Shown: positions 23,050 through 34,560, counted from the first letter of the stretch. The stretch is DNA of 64,000 nt from Gracilinanus agilis (GCF_016433145.1 NC_058131.1:528021569-528085568); one strand, 5' to 3'. A program made the numbers and translations. The notes: a model not told the origin generated them from the sequence alone.

Positions 23050-24980
23050 TATTGATATCACTGATGAAATTGAAAAACAAGAAACAAAACTTTTCATTCT
23101 CTTCATCTATAATATTTTGTTTGGTGAATTTATCAGTTCCATTGATCCAGAGATCATCATTGTATTGCTGTAGAGAGCTAAAATGTTCACAGTTGATCAT
23201 CCTTACAATTTACTGTTACTGTGTACAGTGTTCTCCTTGGTTCTACTATCTTAATGCTGCATCAGTTCATGTATGGATTCCCAGGTTTTTCTGAAAGCAT
23301 CCTGATCATTTCTTATAGCACAATAGTATTCCATTACATTCATAGACCACAGTTTGATCGGCCATTCCCCAAATGATGAACATTTTCTCAATTTCTAATT
23401 CTTTCCCACTACAAAAAGAGCTGCTATAAATATTTTTGTACATATAGGTCCTTTTCCTTTGACCTCTTTGGGCTATAGTATAGTAGTGGCATTGCTGAAT
23501 CAAAGAGTATGAATTTTTTTTTATTCAAGAAATATTTATTGAGGCTGAGACAGACCGAAAAACGGAGGGATTCTGGAGAGAAGCTGCTTTAAGGGCAGTA
23601 GGAAGGGTCCGAGGGGGCCTTGGATACCACCCTCCGTCAGATAACAGCTGAAGCTAAGAACCTTTGAATATCCAGGGATCTCGGAGGAAAGACAACTCTA
23701 TCACCCTGAGGTGGAGGAACCAGGGGGCAGCCTGGGGAGCCAAGGTCCAAAGGGACAGAAACGCTAGGATCCTGGATTTCCTAATGATGGTGGCAGAGGG
23801 AAGCCCAACTGTCCTAAGGCTGGGCAGCTGAAGCCAAAAAGGAGCCTCACTGCTAAACGGGAGGATTCAAACACAGCACCAGACTCTGAATCAAAAGACC
23901 TAGTCTGAGATCTCAGTAAAGTGGTGGATGCTTACTACCTGGGTGCCCAAAGAGAAGTCCATTTCAGGTATGAGCCCAACTCATGCAGAAAATGGAGATA
24001 ATACAAGGGGTCCCCAAAATCTTCATGCACCTTAACTTAAAAGCCCACCAAGAGTTTTGGGACACCTGGTACTTCTTAATAGACAGGTCCTACCTGACAG
24101 GACCACTAAGGAAAGCCTTTTGCAAGCTTCCAAGCCCTGGATAAAATGTTTGGCGTTAATGGGATTGGGGCTGGATTTGGCCACTCCAATCTCTCTCCTA
24201 ATCACACCTAGCAAGGGACACAGGACATGACACTCTTTGCCAATCTCTTCTTTTCTCTGTGGCAGGATGGCCATCTCCATGAGGAGTCCCATTCTGATTC
24301 CCTAGATCCACAGTGATCTTTCCATCCTCCTTCTATTGCTAAACCTGAACTACATCACTTGGTGTAGAATTATAGTTTAGTATATCTCTGTATGAAAGCT
24401 TGAGCCAAGTCACCAGTTCTCTAGCCTAGGCTGCCCCAGGGACAAAGGAAGGTGGGCTGAGCTAACTTCTCAAAGTTCCCATTGGGCATAGTTCCAAGTT
24501 GTCCTCCAGAATGGTTGGATCAGTTCACAACTCTACCAACAATGCATTACTGTTCCTATTTTTCCACATCTTCTCTATTTGTTATTTTTCTTTCTGTCAC
24601 ATTAGCCAATCTGATAGGTACCTGAGTTGTTTTAATTTGCATTTCTCTTATCAAAAGTGAGTCAGAGCATTTTTTCATATAATTATAGATAGTTTTGGCT
24701 TCTTTTTTAGAAAACTGCCTGTTCATATCCTTTGATCATTTATCTGCTTGATATTGACTTTTATTATTATAAAATTGACTCTCTCCATATTTTTGAGAAA
24801 TGAGGTCTTTATCAAAGAAACTTGCTGTAAAAAATTTTCCCCATTTCCTGCTTCCCTTCGAATCTTAGGTGCATTCGTTTTGTTTGTGCTAAACCTTTTT
24901 AATTTGATATAATCAAAATTATCTATTTTATACCTTGTAATTCTATCTTTTGTTTTATCATAAATTCTTCTCTTAGAAAA
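23050..24980 (-). mobile_element. L1 fragment split by an about 960-bp insert (23514-24478)
   Basis: The L1 text ...gctgaatcaaagagtatgaa ends at 23513 and resumes ...ttgggcatagttccaagttg at about 24480; compare the intact counterpart at 59470-59520. Confidence 0.75.
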
Positions 24981-25120
24981 GTATTCCTTTCAAAGCCTTT
25001 TAAAGACTAAAACTGTACTAAGATTTTTGAGACACCTCATAGCTATGATTTGGGGTTTTTTTCCCCTAAATATCAGGGTAGATGGAGAGGTTTTACTGAG
25101 GGAGAAAAAGGGCACTGAGG

Positions 25121-25955
25121 ATACTGAATAATTTACTCACATCTGAAAAAGTAGTTATTTTGCATATTTCACATGCATTTCTTTGGTTCCCTCATCTCTG
25201 TATGCTTGAGGACTTGTCTTGCAAGGCTCTAAAGATCTGGTTCTGTTTTATTTCTGGGAAAATCAGAAATTTGGGGTCCCATTGAAGGTAGGCTCAAACT
25301 ACACCCAAACTCTAAGGAAAACCTTGAACTTACCTAAAGTACTTCCAAAATACTTTGAATGCTCATTGTCCTCTCTCCCTGGATCCATACCCTTTTTAGG
25401 TATGGAAGGTTTTTACCTTTTTGTTCATGACTCTAGGGAGAGGGGCTGTCTAATGGGCATCTGCCCTATTTTCCCAACCTCCAGCTCCCCTTTTATACAC
25501 ATTAATATAACAGAAAGAATTATATGAATCACATTGATACAGGCTTTTCAAGTTACAAAACTCTTTCTTCATAAAAAGCCAGGTGGGTCTACATGAATAA
25601 GGTGAGAGTCTATATAGGTGGGTTGTCAGTGGACATGGTTATTTGCATTGGGGGTGCTGATAACAGAGGTATAGAATTGGAAAAGGAGGCAGATGTCTAA
25701 ACATGGCTGAGATTCAGTGTGCCTGGTCAGGTCATCCTTGGGAATGCTTGGTGATGAGAATCCATGTGTTATCACAGGTGTAGGTGTTATCACAGGAGTA
25801 GGATGTAAATTCCTTGACAGCAGGGAATGTATCACTGTGATATTTATATCAGCAGGACTTGGCATTTTGGGGATGAAAGGTGTTAGACCTGTAGTTTCAT
25901 GGAGTATAGGGAATTCCCCAGGAAGAAATTCCCTCTGCTAATAAAGATTGCCTGG
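25121..25955 (-). mobile_element. Putative LTR-like insertion (ends uncertain)
   Basis: Splits a SINE/MIR-like sequence; TATATA near 25612, short tandem duplication and TF motif cluster. Confidence 0.4.
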
Positions 25956-26496
25956 GAATACTGAGGAGTTAAATCACTTGAACAAGGACACACAATCAAT
26001 GTCCAAGGCAAGAATTTGAACTTGGTTTTTTAAAAAACCCTCTACCTTCTGCCTTAGAATTGATACCATGTAACCATTCAAAGGCAGAAGATCAGTAAGG
26101 GCTAGGCAAATAGGGTTAAGTGACTTTCCCAGATCTAGAAAGTGTCTGAGATCACATTTGAACCCAGAACCTCCCATTTTCAGGCCTGGCTCTATCCACT
26201 GATTGACCTAACTGCCCAAAAATTGTGTTTTCTTAACTGAGGAGGTCCCTCTATCCATAAGGTCTTAGACTTGAAACTAGAAAGGACCTCAAATTCAACT
26301 AAGTGGTCACTGGTTCTGGAATCAAGAAGACATGAGTTTAAATCCAGCCTCAGAAACTTCTCTAGCTGTATCACTTTAGACAAAGCACTTAACTTCTTTT
26401 TGCCTCAGTTTCTTCAGGTGCTAATAGCTGCATCTACCTCCTAAGGTTGTTGTGAGGATCAAACAACATTTTTATAAAGGACTCAGCATAGTGCCT

Positions 26497-26920
26497 TGTG
26501 GGGAACTGTGGGGACCACGGGGTTAAATCCCCCCAAACACTTTCCCCTCTTCTCCTGACATTCTTATGAAAGGGTCATGAAAAGGGCACCGCTGTGAGAA
26601 AGAGTAACCTTAAGTAAAATGATGTGAAGGCAGAGAGAAATCTCCTCCCTGGCTCCCGAGGCCAGGCTCTAGTCAAAATTATTTTTGTTGACCATTTGCT
26701 TCCCTAAACGAGCTACCTTGGTAGAGAGTACATAAATATGCACATTACTTCTGGCAGAGGCAGGAACTTCTGCTAAAGCCTGAAGCCTGATAAAGACTGT
26801 TAGAAGCCTGATGGTGCTGTCATTCCTTAACCCTTTCCTGTTACACTGCCCCATTCTGTGTTCTGTCCTTGGAACCCTGTGTGACCTCCAGCTCAGGAAA
26901 TATGATAATAAACCCAGACA
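26497..26920 (+). mobile_element. Solo ERV LTR, 424 bp
   Basis: TG...CA ends; perfect 6-bp TSD GTGCCT (26491-26496, 26921-26926) splitting an L2/MIR-type tail; AATAAA near the 3' end. Confidence 0.85.
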
Positions 26921-28580
26921 GTGCCTGGCACATAGTAGGTGCTTAATAAATGCTTATTTCCTTACTTCCTTTCATTGGTATACTTGGGAGGTCATATGAC
27001 TTGCCCCAAGTCACACATATGGGGATTTGAACCCATCTTATGATTTTAAAGCTATTTCCACTGAACCATACCACATTGCCAGGCATGATTGGTTGAATAT
27101 CTGAATATAAAGATATCGATTTATATAAAAAGTTGTAAGAATCTGGGCATTCACTACCTAGCTTATTAATCAATCAGCTAGTTATTAGGAATCTTCTTTC
27201 TTTGGATCACCTTCAATTTATTCTTTAGATATCTTGTCCATATATAGTTCATTTTCATGTTGTCTCTCTCCTTAGACTGTGAAATCCTTAAGGGTAGAGA
27301 CTGTCTTTTCCCTTTTTTTGAATTCCCAGAACTTAACAGAAGGCTTGGCAGATAGTAGGAGCATAATAAATGCTTATTTACTGACTATTATATATTAAGC
27401 AGTGTGCATGCAAGGACAAAGAATGAAATAATCCCTGCTCCTCAAATAGCTTACATACTAATGGGGGAGACAAGTACACTTAAAAACATATATAGCCTAG
27501 GGGCAGCTAGGCAGCCCAGTGAATAGATAGCCAAACTTGGAGTTGTGAAGTCCTAGGTTCAAATCTCACTTCAGACACTTCCTAACTATGTGACCCTGGT
27601 CAGGTCACTTAATCCTAATTACCTCGCACCTTACCTTTCTTTCTTAAGAGTTGTTATCAAGACAAAAAGTAAGGATTTTTTTTAAAAAAGCACATACAGA
27701 ATAAACACAAAGTTAATAAATACAGATATATAGAAACACACATAAAGTAGCTCAATATAAAGTAGAGAGGGAAGGCACTAATAATGATAGCTAAGACTTC
27801 TATAGAGCCAACTGTATGCCAAGTCATTGGCTAAGAGTTTTATAAATATCTCATATAATCCTCATAACTCAAAACTTCAACCAATCAATCAATTATTAAG
27901 TGCCTACCATGTGCCAGACTGTATAGTATGTAACTAGTATATGGTAGGTAGTATATAGTAGAAATAGCTCTAAAATCAAAAGAGAGGGAGTGGTTCAAAT
28001 TCTCACATGTGTGATTTTGGGTGAGTCATTATAATATCCCATGATACCAGTTCTCTTATCTGTAAGAAGAAAACAAGCATTTATTAAGCACCTACCATGG
28101 GCCAGGCATGGTGCCAAGCACTTTAGAAATATCTTATTTGATCTTTGCAACAACCCTAGGAGGTAGGTGCTATTATTAGCACTTGAAGAAACCGAACCAG
28201 AAAGAAGTTAAGTGACTTACCCAAAGTGACACAGCTAGAGAAGTATTTCAGGCTGGATTTGAACTCATGACTCCCTGATTCCAGGCCCAGTGGTCTGGTC
28301 TACCAATTGTGCCTAATAGTTGCCTCTGAGGTTCTTTACAACCCCAGATCTATGGTCCTGTGGATAAAGAGACCCATTATCCTCATTTTACAGATGAGGA
28401 AACTGCCAGGCAGTACACTAAGTGCTTTATAAGCATCTTTTTTGATCCTCATGGCTATTATTAGCACCTGAAGAAATTAAGGCATACAGAAATTAAGTGA
28501 CTTACCCAGGACACACAGCTAAGACATGTTTAAACTCAGGTCTTCCTGATCCCAGACACTTCTAACAGGAGATGGTACCC

Positions 28581-29553
28581 GAGCTGCATCTTTTTTGTTT
28601 GTTTGTTTCTGCATCGAGGTATATTAATGCACAGCTGGCTGCCTGTACAGCAGGAAACGAATTGATTTGCTAATCCATATTGCCCCATGAAAGAAAATAC
28701 ATAAGATTATAGTACTCCCACCCCAATGGGAAGGAAGCTTGGATCTGGTTCCTGAGTGCTTTGTGACTCCTGAAGGATTCTGGGATCAGTAGTTTTTCTC
28801 TCTAGCTCCGTCCTCAGGGACGCTTCCATCTTTGGAAGTTGACTGTAGAATATGATAGACCTTGTAGAGTTGGTCAAGGAGTCCTTTTTTCTCATTGTCT
28901 GGAAGGAAACTGGACTTGGCAGCATTGATATTCAGTCTTATAAACTCCATTTTTACCATGCGGTAATCTGTGTCAGTAGTAGCCTTGAAAATGAGGGGGT
29001 CACTTGCCTTGAGTGAATAGTTAACCTTATCTTTAAATTGTTTGACTGCATGCTGGGTGTCTGGTTCCCAGGTTCCTGTGAGATAGCTTGACCAGGGGCA
29101 TACCTCAAAATTGCATGTTCTGCTTCAGCAACGTGCCACTTCCAGAGTGTGGCAACCACAGTCTATCCTCTCGGCAAGGAGAATAGCCGCTGCCTGCTGC
29201 ATAACCTTGGGTGGCCCTGCTTCTCCAGCACGAACCATGAACCGTCTGAGCAGTGGTACTTTTCGCAAGTCAAGTCACTTGGCCAAGGGTTCTGTAGTTC
29301 TGCTCTGTGAACCGAGCTAAACTAGCACTTCATGTCCATTTGGAAGAGCCATCAAGCCCGCGACTATCTTGTACTATAGCGAGAAGAGAGGATTCCCACT
29401 TCCTACCAACGCAGTGGAGGACCTCCAGGACGGGCTTGGCATGGACAAGCCCGGGAGCTTCCCTGGGTTCTTAGGCTTGTCAAACACTGCATTCTGTCTC
29501 TCTGTCGGTTCAGCTCGCTTTCTCCTGAGGGGTTCCGGTCTGGGCTGCGTTTT
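28581..29553 (-). pseudogene. ADA: Processed pseudogene of adenosine deaminase, internally inverted and deleted
   Basis: Intronless ADA-like peptides: AVFDKPK; LHVHL...IKPATILYYSEKRG...GMDKP (opposite strand); TVH-AGE; CPWSSYLTG; DPLIFK...[13 protein letters not shown]. Stop at 28786-28788, A-rich tail near 28591-28608, degenerate 12-bp TSD (28581-28592 / 29542-29553). Confidence 0.93.
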
Positions 29554-29849
29554 AAAGAAAGAGTGGACCTCTTTGAGGTAGAGGTGAGGAGAAGGCATTC
29601 CAAGCACGATGCACGGACAGTGAAAAAGTACGGAGATGAGAGATGGATGGTGAGTCACCTTGGCCGGGTCACAGAGTATGAGAGGGGCAGCCTACGAGGA
29701 TGAAGCCAGGACGTGTAAGGCAGCAGATGGCTTGGAGCTAAGAGCGTACTAGCAAAGACATAAAAGGGTGTTTCTTAGTAACTCCAGAATCATTTTGAGG
29801 GCACTGAGATACAGGAGTACGTACGCCGCCTAGTACAGCTAGGTCCACA

Positions 29850-30028
29850 AAGCAGAACTACAGGCCCCGCCCATCATCCCTTTAGTGCTCGCCCCGCCGC
29901 GCCCTCTGGGCGGGGCTTACTCCAGAGAGGGGAGGAGCCCGGGGCTGCGGGGCGGAAGTACTTTCATAGCTACGGAAGTGATCGCTACTGCGGGGCAAGA
30001 TGTCGGCGCCCAAGAGGCCCTAGAGCAG
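29850..30028 (+). promoter_or_regulatory. RPAP1: RPAP1 CpG-island promoter and non-coding exon 1
   Basis: Several GC boxes; two CGGAAGT ETS motifs (29953-29959, 29973-29979); AACTACAGGCCCC resembling the ZNF143-type ACTACA motif (29856-29868); donor CAG|GTTAGC at 30029. The TSS position is inferred. Confidence 0.75.
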
Positions 30029-30738
30029 GTTAGCTGGGCGTCTCGAGTGAACGGTTTCCTGGGGTGGAACTTCAGCCCCAGCGCAGGTGCTGAGACTACT
30101 TCCTAGCTCATTTGCCCGATTCTAGCGCCTTCTCTTTGGGAGAGCTCGAGAAACGCTTGGGAGTGTGGGGAGTGAGGATGCCTCCGCTCCAGGTTCGTGG
30201 AGAACTGGCGGAGTCTCCCGGGGATATGGGTGAGAAGTAGGAGAGGTCCAGGCCCAGGCCCAGGCCCGGGAGCTTGCACCTATGGGGGCTCTTGGCAAGG
30301 TTCTCTTCTCTTCTTCCTCCCTGTAGGATTTGGATAAGTCTCAGTATTTAATCGTGAGTTCTCTGGACTACACCGCTGAAGAGTTCATCTTGTACTAGAG
30401 AAAAACCCCAGTTCAATTCAGTTAGAGTTTAGTGAGCGCCTATTATATAAGCCTGTACCCTTGAGGGACTATTTTTGTATTTTTTTTTTTTAACTTCTGC
30501 AGCACTTAGCGTGGTGACTGCCACATAGGAAACGCTTCATAAATGCTTGCTGAACAATTTACAGTGCATACAAAGACAAAACAGTCAATTATTGGTCTTT
30601 AAGAGCTTTTATTTCGTTGGAAAACGATTTGAAAAAAAACTACTTGAACACCCAATCGATAAAATTTATTGAGAAGGAAGCATTTATTAACGTCTCGCTA
30701 CTTGTCAGGTACTAGGCTAAGTAAGAGCTTTACAAATG

Positions 30739-30940
30739 GGCAGCTGGGTAGCTCAGTGAATTTAGAGGCAGGCCTAGAGATGGGAGGTCCTAGGTTCAAA
30801 TCTGGCCTCAGACACTTCCCAGCTGTGTGACCCTGGGCAAGTCACTTGACCCCCATTGCCTACCCTTACCACACTTCTGCCTTGAAGCCAATACACATTT
30901 TTGACTCCAAGATGGAAGGTAAGGGTTTAAAAAAAAAAGA
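30739..30940 (+). mobile_element. Full-length tRNA-derived SINE
   Basis: A/B-box head and consensus body; flanks gagctttacaaat repeated. Confidence 0.88.
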
Positions 30941-32762
30941 GCTTTACAAATATTAACCTCATTTGGCCTTGCTATTATACCCCATTTTATAACAGAACAA
31001 CCGTAGGCAGACAAGTTAAGTGACTTGGCGAGGGTCATTTCCCTTGGAATCATGCTCAGGGTGATCTCCCCCTCCCCCTCCCTTCCACCCCCATGAAGTC
31101 GAGTTTCTTATCAGCCAGGGCTTGCAAGAGGACCAATGAGACTTTCTTGACAAAGTCAGGTCTATTCTAACCTAGTATGTATCTAAAGTCAAATATGAAC
31201 CCAGGTCTTCAGACTCAACTGCTTCCCCTGCCTGTTCTGAGTCTTATGGGATGCCAGGATTGAAAGCCCCCAACCTCGAAGTTGATTGTAATCTGTTTAT
31301 TCTAGAAGTTTTCTTGAGTCAAAATTTAGTGTTAGAAATTTTGGGCAGCTTGTCATTTGCAAGATGCTGTCTGGACAATCTCTAGTAAAGCAGTTGGAAC
31401 TCAATTTTGGAATATTTAACTTCTTTGTAATTGTTTTGTAATGTTATTGCAGTGTGGTATAGAGGACATTGGCTTACTAGGGTGATATTCAAGTCTTGGT
31501 TCTGGCTCTTAAAAATCATGCAACCTTATTCTAAAGTAGTCTCTTACTTGCCTGAGCTTTAGTTTCTTAGCAAAATTTGGTGCAAGGTTATGGTCAGGAA
31601 GAGAAATTATAACTGATCTCTTTGGTGCCTTTGAACTTTAACAATTCTGATGATTTAGATTTCCCCAGATTTATATTTTCTCAGGGGGAAAACACATCCA
31701 AGACTTGACCAAACTTTTTTGTTGTTGTTGTTGAGTTGTTGGGGTTTTTTGGTCCTTTTTGTAGTTTTGTTCCAACGATTAGAATTAGTTGTGTTTACTT
31801 GTGCCAGGCATTATGCTAAATGTTGAGGATATGGATCCAAAAAGAAAAGACCCTGCCCTCAAGTTGCTTAGATTTTAATCTGGGATTTATGGCCTGGATG
31901 ATTAATTTGGTTAGGGAAGTTCTAGATCTGATAGTTTGAGCCTTGGGGCAATTAATTGATGCGGAATGTCAAATTAATTTGTAAAGGGGAGTTGGAGAAG
32001 GAAACAGGATATTCACAAAACAACATCCTATGAAGATATCCAGAGAGAGCAGCCATGTGGGTCTGTGGCAGTATAGCTATGGAGAACTTTAACCAATCAA
32101 GATTGAAAGGTCCCAGGTTGAAGATAGCTAGAAAGTAGGTGTTCTTTTCACTGTACCATATGGTTATATAATAGGAAACAGTGCTTTTTTCCCACTCATG
32201 TAGGACCAGTTTGGAATGACTGCCTTTTCTGAAGTAAGCAGTGTACCTGTGGGTGTTTTCTTCAGTTAATCTATGAATATTCATTTAATGCTTACAGTTT
32301 GCAAGTGGCTTTATAAAATAAAAGCTCTAAAAAGACTCGGTCCCTACCAAATAAGAATTTAGAGGTCAAACTGTATATTTTGGGCCAAATGAACAAATTA
32401 GAGCAGTCAAGCTTTTTTTTCTCCTGGTGTTCAAGGCCTTGTACAACTAGCTGCTAGTAACTTCCCTTCCCAACATCCCCCCACTCCGACCCCATTTCTC
32501 TCTCAGAAGCATGATGTAGTAGTGGAAAGAATTCTGGGGATTTGAAGTCTTTTGTAGGTGGCCAAACTGGGAGGCTCTGCATTATTTTGGAGCTTAGTGC
32601 AATCAACATGAAAACAAGAATCTCTAGAACACAGGATTCTAACTTTTTTGTGTCCTGCACATTTTTGGCAGGATGTTGAAGCTTATGGATACCTTCTCAG
32701 AATAATGTTTTTAAGTACATAAAATTAAATACATAACAAAGGAAATAAATTATAATGAAATG

Positions 32763-32763
<1 letters not shown>

Positions 32764-32808
<45 letters not shown>
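32764..32808. repeat. (TG)n microsatellite
   Basis: About 22 perfect units. Confidence 0.95.
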
Positions 32809-32810
<2 letters not shown>

Positions 32811-33259
32811 GTATAACTCACAGGTCCCCTTCCTTCCCCCCCAAGTTAAGAGCTCTTGCTCTAAAAAACCTCACCATCCTTCACCATGGGCTTTGTACTA
32901 GACCTTCATCACACCTTGGCTTTCATAATCTCTCTGTTTTATGCTTTATCTTTTATTAATGTACTAATAATTAAAGGGTAATTGAACATGGTTATCACCA
33001 TCATTATATCTTTTAAGAAATCTTAAATGATTTTGTTATATAGATGAAAAGAGAACCCATTCATTTTGAAGGCCAGTCAAAGGAGAATAGAACTTTTTTT
33101 CCAAAAGGTTTCTCTTTACTTAATTCTGTTCTCCATAAAACCAAAGCCAGAACCTGAAACTAAAAAGGCTTTTTAAAAGGAGAAACAATACCAAAACAAA
33201 TTTAGGGGTTGAGAATAAAGGGTAGCATTGCTCTACTGAATCAAAAGGTTTTTAAATAA

Positions 33260-33680
33260 CAAGCATTCAGAGCAGCAGGATCTTGTATTCCCTGGCTCTT
33301 TGGGACAATTGTGTTCTGATAAAGAAGTGGTCCATCATTTGTGAAAGCCTGACTGTTCTCCAGTTAATACCTTCATTGAACATGTCTTCAATGTGTGTGA
33401 AGATGATTCTAATAAAAAAATCTTATATAGATGGGAGAGTAGGACAGATAGGTCCATAGTTGTCAATGTTCTCTGTTACCTTTTTTTTTTTCCATAATAA
33501 TGTCTTTTTTTCCACCTCCCTACCTTGTGATTCTATCAGTGACCTTACAATGGAGTCACCTTCATCGTCTACTCTCCGTAATAACACTGCCCTAGTAAAA
33601 CAAGTCTCCTCACTTTTGTTTCCAATTTAGCCTTGCTCAGTCTCTGTATACCTTTGTTCATTCTGTATCCAGTCAAATCC
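33260..33680 (-). mobile_element. RTE-clade LINE RT fragment
   Basis: Degenerate NYxPICLLSHLYKIF-RII...EQ-GF-K...DH-F...EYKI peptide on the minus strand. Confidence 0.7.
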
Positions 33681-33723
33681 AAAGTATATTAAGTGCCAAC
33701 TATGTGCAAAAAGAACTGGGCTA

Positions 33724-34345
33724 GGGGGCAGCTGGGTGGCTCAGTGGATTGAGAGCCAAGCCTAGAGATAGGAGGTCCTGGATTCAAAACTGGCCTCAGA
33801 TACTTTTTTTTTTTAACATTTATTAATATTTATTTTTTTAAAAAAGTTAACATGGTTACATAATTCATGCTCTTACTTTCCCCTTCATCCTCCCCCCCAG
33901 GTCTCCCCCTCCCCCATGGCTGATGCGTATTTCCACTAGTTTTAACATCAAGACCTATTTCCAAATTGTTGATAGTTGCATTGGTGTGGTAGTTTCGAGT
34001 CTACATCCCCAATCATGTCCGCCTCAACCCATGTGTTCAAGCAGTTGTTTTTCTTCTGTTTCCACTCCTGTAGTTCTTCCTCTGTATGTGAGTAGTGTTC
34101 TTTTCCATAAGTCCCTCAGAATTGCTCTGCATCAATTCCTGGAGGTCTTTCCAGTTCACATGGAATTCCTCCAGTTTATTATTCCTTTGAGCACAATAGT
34201 ATTCCATCACCAGCATATCCTCAGATACTTCTTAACTATGACCCTGGGCAAGTCACTTTTAACCCCCATTGCCTAGACCTTACTGCTCTTCTGCCTTAGA
34301 ACCAATACATAGTATTGATTCCAAGAGGGAAGGTCAGGGTTTAAG
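33724..34345 (+). mobile_element. SINE split by a 5'-truncated L1 (33806-34218, minus)
   Basis: 12-bp TSD CCTCAGATACTT at 33794-33805 and 34219-34230; the SINE body resumes after the L1. Confidence 0.88.
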
Positions 34346-34560
34346 GGGGAAAAAAACCACTGGGCTAGTTGCTAGTTGCAGGCAGAAAAACAATCTCTAG
34401 AGGGATAAAATATACACAAATATGTAGATGATAATTTGAGGGGAGAAAAAGCACTTATAACTAGAAGTAAGTGGTAGGACATGATCTGAGCCTTGAAAGA
34501 AGCTAGAGATATTAACCCCTAGAGATATATGAGAGCTAGAGAAAAGAAAGCACCTTGTTT

